The translations under genes and the position numbers were made by a program. Shown here piece by piece: positions 60,565 through 64,000 of a stretch of 64,000 nucleotides of DNA. The notes beneath the pieces are model-generated. The model saw only the letters and a list, made by a program, of their open reading frames with translations, was not told the origin of the DNA and did not search any database. Source of the stretch: Nannocystis bainbridge (GTDB lineage: Bacteria; Myxococcota_A; Polyangia; Nannocystales; Nannocystaceae); contig NZ_JAQNDL010000003.1 of assembly GCF_028368995.1 (NCBI RefSeq), forward strand, positions 2,528,001 through 2,592,000, in the 5' to 3' direction. Every line of letters begins with the position of its first letter. Within the stretch, counting starts at the first letter, position 1.

Positions 60565-63500
60565 CTAAGGCCCCGAGAGCGCCGCCAGCTCGGGCCGCGC
60601 GCGGATGATGTCGTCGACCAGCAGCGGCATGTCCGACGCTGCCCTCGCCGCCTCCGCGTGCTCCGCCGCCGCCGTGCGGTCTCCGGCCTCTGCCGCCAGC
60701 GACGCCAGGTCCAGCAGCAGCATGCTCGCGCGCAGCGACACCGCCTGATCGGCGCGACGGCACAGCTCGAGCGCCCTACTAAAATCATCGCGGGCCGGCC
60801 CCGGTCGCTTCGCCCGTCGCTGCAGCCGCGCGCGCCAGGTCAGCAGGTCGGCCGCGCGCAGCATCGTCGCCGGGCTGCTCCCCGGCGGCGCCAGCGACTC
60901 GGGCGCCAGGCTCGACAACATGTCCAAAAAGACAGGTGCCACCCGCGGATCGTCGAGGTGATTGACCCCCGTGTTGCGCCACGCTTCCGCCAGCACGTCG
61001 AAGTAGCGCGCCTCCCACATGGCCCGAAGGACAGATCCGACCTCCGCGTGGTACCCTCGCAGCAGTGTATGCAGCGCCCCGCGGGCTGCTGGATCTTCGC
61101 TCGCCAGCAGCGCCTGCCACAGCGGCGCCGCCTCGGCCGCGCGCCCGGCCTGGACCAGCAGCAGCGCCTGCAACGCCTGCTCACGCGGCCCCGCCGGCCC
61201 CGAGCTCGCCAGCGCCGCCAGCGTCGCCACTGCGTCACCCTCGACCGCCGCCGCCGCGTACTGTCGCGCCGCTGCCGGCCTCGCCTCTGCCTCGTCCTCG
61301 ACCGCCGCGGCTTGCGAAGCCTCGGCCTGCGGCTCGACGATCCGCGCCCCGCGGATCGCCACCTGGTGGACCTGCGCCGACAGCCACGCCGGCACGTCCC
61401 CGCCCGCGCGCAGGATCAGCCGATAGCGCCCTGGCCGCCCGAGCCGCCCCGTCAGCCGCTCGCGCATCGTCCGTGATGCCCCGTCGTCGACATCCGTCAG
61501 CGTGCAGCCCAGCTCGCCCAGCGGCGCCACCGCGAACACTCGCAGCCGCCCGCGCGAGCGCACCGCCGGGTCCGCCGGCAGCAGCGGCGGCTCGTGATTG
61601 ACATAGAACCGCTGCTCTCCGGCCTGACACTGGTACTCGCGCAGCGTCGGCTGCCCGCCGCGGCTGGTCCCGTGCGTCATCAGCCCCAGGCGCAGCACTG
61701 GCCGCTCCGGCTCCGCCTCGGGCACCAGCTCGAGCACCAGCGACGCGCTCCACTCGCTGTGCTCGAGCGTCACGTCGAAGCTCACGTCGATCGTCTCGCC
61801 GTCCCACTCGAGCGGCAGCTCCGCCAGCGGGCCTGCGCTGGCCGTGCGGACCTGCAGCGTCCCTTCCAGCGGTCTTCGGCGCAGCGCCAGCGCATCTGCG
61901 ATCGTCCACGCCGGCGCCAGCGGGCGCTCGAAGCCGATGTCGATCGGCGGGTGCTCGTAGGTCGCCCGCACCAGCCGCTCGCGCTGCGTCAGCAGCTCCG
62001 CCGCCTCGTCCGCCGCCAGCCCTGGCCGCGTCCGCAGCGACTCGAGCGCGCGCAGGGCCCGGTCGTACTCGCCGAGCCGCAGGTGCGAGCGGAACGCCCC
62101 CTGCAGCGCCGCCGTCGCCTCGTCGCCCTCCGCCGCCGCGCGGTACAGCGCCAGCGCGGCCGCGTCGTCGCCCAGCCGCTCGCGCAGCCCCGCCGCGTCG
62201 ACCAGCACCGCCCGTCGCAGCTCGCCCGGCGGGCTGCGCCGCGCCAGCGCCTCGTACGCCGCCGCCGCGTCGGCCGTCAGCCCCAGCCGCCGCAGCTCGT
62301 CGGCCCCGGCGAACGCCCGCCGCAGCCCCTCGTCGCTCACCCCTGACCGATCGGGCATGTCCTCGCGGACAGGTTGCGAGATCGGCAGCTGCTCCGTCCC
62401 TGCTCCCAGCAGCCACAGCTCGAGCGCCCCCGTGCGCGCCTGGACCTTCGCCACCAGCTCGTCCGCGCGGTCGTCGTCGACCTGCACCAGCCGCAGCACC
62501 TCGATCCCGTCGAGCACCGCTGGCACGAACCCGCCGCGCTCGTCCTGCAGCTGCACGATCGAGTGCCGGACCCCGCGCTCGAAGTAGTGATTGACGAAAT
62601 CACCGCGCCCGTCGCCGTCGACATCGCCGACCAGCGGCTGCCAGTGGACCCCGTCGGCCTTGCCGCCCTCGTCGTCGCGGAGGAACGGCACGTGCGCGCG
62701 GCGGACCAGCCGGTCGTTCGACAGCGCCAGCAGGTACGTCCCCGGCGGCGCCCCGTGCGGCTGGTCCGCCGGGAACACCAGCGGATTGGGCTCGCGGTGG
62801 AACACCTCGGCCACCACCTGCACCTCCCCCCGATCGCCGCGCAGCGTCCCGAGCCCGAACGCCTGGCCGATCTTGTCGCGCGCCACCGTCACCAGCTTGC
62901 CTGTCCCCGGGGACAGCCGCAGCACGCGCACGTCGTAGGCTCGCCAGCCGCCGAACGCCGCCACCAGCTCCTGGCGCCCGTCGCCGTCGAGGTCGGTCGC
63001 CAGCAGCGAAGTCACGACCGACTCGACGCTGTCGCCGACGTCGTAGACCATGCGCGTGGTGAAGCCGCCGGCCCCGTCGGGCTCGACCGCGGTGATCTGG
63101 CACGAAGAACCTGTCCCGACGTACAGCTCGCGCTCGCCGTCGCCGTCGAGGTCGGCCGCGGCCGTGGCGAGCACCTGGCTCTCGGGCCAGGTGAAGATCT
63201 TCTCGATCCCGCCGCCGCTGCGCCGCCCGTACAGCGTCAGGCCGTCCTCCTGCGCGATCACCTGCCCGCGCAGCGGATCGACCACGTCGACGCGGCCGGT
63301 CCCCGGCGGGAACGCGTGCTTCCACTTCGGCGCCAGCGCGCCGTCGGCCGTCGCCGCGTGCAGCACCGGCGGCCCCTGCCCCTGCTCGAGCAGCCACACC
63401 TCGTCGCCGACGCGGCCGTAGACGTGGTGCACGTCGGTGAACGCGGTCCGGTGCGCCAGCGCCAGCGCCTCCGCCAGCGCCCGCTTCGGCCCGGTCAGCC

Positions 63501-64000
63501 GGGTCGCCGCCGCCGCGAAATCGCGGCGGGCCAGCGCCACGTCGCCGCGCACCGCCGTCAACGTCAGGTCGGCCGCCGCCTCGGGGTGGCGCTGGTCGAG
63601 CAGCGCCAGCACCTGCCCCAGGCCGTCCCACGCCATCTCGGCGCGCAGCAGCCCGACCAGGCCGAGCAGCGCTTCACGGCTGTCCTTTGGGTCATGTGCC
63701 AGCGTGAACGCCCGCGCCTGGGCCGAGATCGCCGCCTTGCGCTGGCCATCGGCCTCGCGCCGGCTCGCCTCGCCAAGCCACGCGCGGGCGATCGCGCGGG
63801 TGTCCTTGTAGACAGGCTCGCCCAGGAACCCGGCCAGCAGCCGCTCCCCCGCCGCCGCGTCGCCCGCCGCCCGCGCCTCGGCGATGCGCGCCTCGAGCTC
63901 GACCACCGCCGCGGCCGCGTCCTCTTCTCGCTGCGCCCGCCGCAGGCGCTGCTGCAGCGCCTGCACCAGCAGCCCGACCGCGATCACGATCGCCGCCGTC
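60565..64000 (-). CDS. Large FG-GAP plus TPR-like protein; N-terminus lies outside the window
   Basis: DLDGDG.EL repeats; helical TPR-like segments; frame open to the window edge. Confidence 0.75.
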   Translation of the reverse strand, partial: TAAIVIAVGLLVQALQQRLRRAQREEDAAAAVVELEARIAEARAAGDAAAGERLLAGFLGEPVYKDTRAIARAWLGEASRREADGQRKAAISAQARAFTLAHDPKDSREALLGLVGLLRAEMAWDGLGQVLALLDQRHPEAAADLTLTAVRGDVALARRDFAAAATRLTGPKRALAEALALAHRTAFTDVHHVYGRVGDEVWLLEQGQGPPVLHAATADGALAPKWKHAFPPGTGRVDVVDPLRGQVIAQEDGLTLYGRRSGGGIEKIFTWPESQVLATAAADLDGDGERELYVGTGSSCQITAVEPDGAGGFTTRMVYDVGDSVESVVTSLLATDLDGDGRQELVAAFGGWRAYDVRVLRLSPGTGKLVTVARDKIGQAFGLGTLRGDRGEVQVVAEVFHREPNPLVFPADQPHGAPPGTYLLALSNDRLVRRAHVPFLRDDEGGKADGVHWQPLVGDVDGDGRGDFVNHYFERGVRHSIVQLQDERGGFVPAVLDGIEVLRLVQVDDDRADELVAKVQARTGALELWLLGAGTEQLPISQPVREDMPDRSGVSDEGLRRAFAGADELRRLGLTADAAAAYEALARRSPPGELRRAVLVDAAGLRERLGDDAAALALYRAAAEGDEATAALQGAFRSHLRLGEYDRALRALESLRTRPGLAADEAAELLTQRERLVRATYEHPPIDIGFERPLAPAWTIADALALRRRPLEGTLQVRTASAGPLAELPLEWDGETIDVSFDVTLEHSEWSASLVLELVPEAEPERPVLRLGLMTHGTSRGGQPTLREYQCQAGEQRFYVNHEPPLLPADPAVRSRGRLRVFAVAPLGELGCTLTDVDDGASRTMRERLTGRLGRPGRYRLILRAGGDVPAWLSAQVHQVAIRGARIVEPQAEASQAAAVEDEAEARPAAARQYAAAAVEGDAVATLAALASSGPAGPREQALQALLLVQAGRAAEAAPLWQALLASEDPAARGALHTLLRGYHAEVGSVLRAMWEARYFDVLAEAWRNTGVNHLDDPRVAPVFLDMLSSLAPESLAPPGSSPATMLRAADLLTWRARLQRRAKRPGPARDDFSRALELCRRADQAVSLRASMLLLDLASLAAEAGDRTAAAEHAEAARAASDMPLLVDDIIRARPELAALSGP

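Overview
GC-rich chromosomal window that looks myxobacterial, probably Nannocystis-like (inferred from Myxococcus Cys-rich repeat lipoproteins, a MYXO-CTERM tail, a fibro-slime protein and a sterol Delta24-reductase). It holds about 44 protein genes and no integrase, transposase or phage genes. Two non-coding systems stand out. (1) At 28.25-31.26 kb is a protein-free operon of 26 tRNA/tRNA-like genes. It has a candidate sigma54 promoter, a ~340-nt highly structured RNA, an rRNA-type boxA and a 19/20-bp inverted repeat enclosing the whole array. The tRNAs are non-canonical but show compensatory tertiary changes. (2) A degenerate 14-bp palindrome, TGTCC-N4-GGACA, is scattered through genes and intergenic DNA and forms head-to-tail arrays with exact 14-bp phase. 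All calls were made by eye without database searches, and start codons are best guesses.
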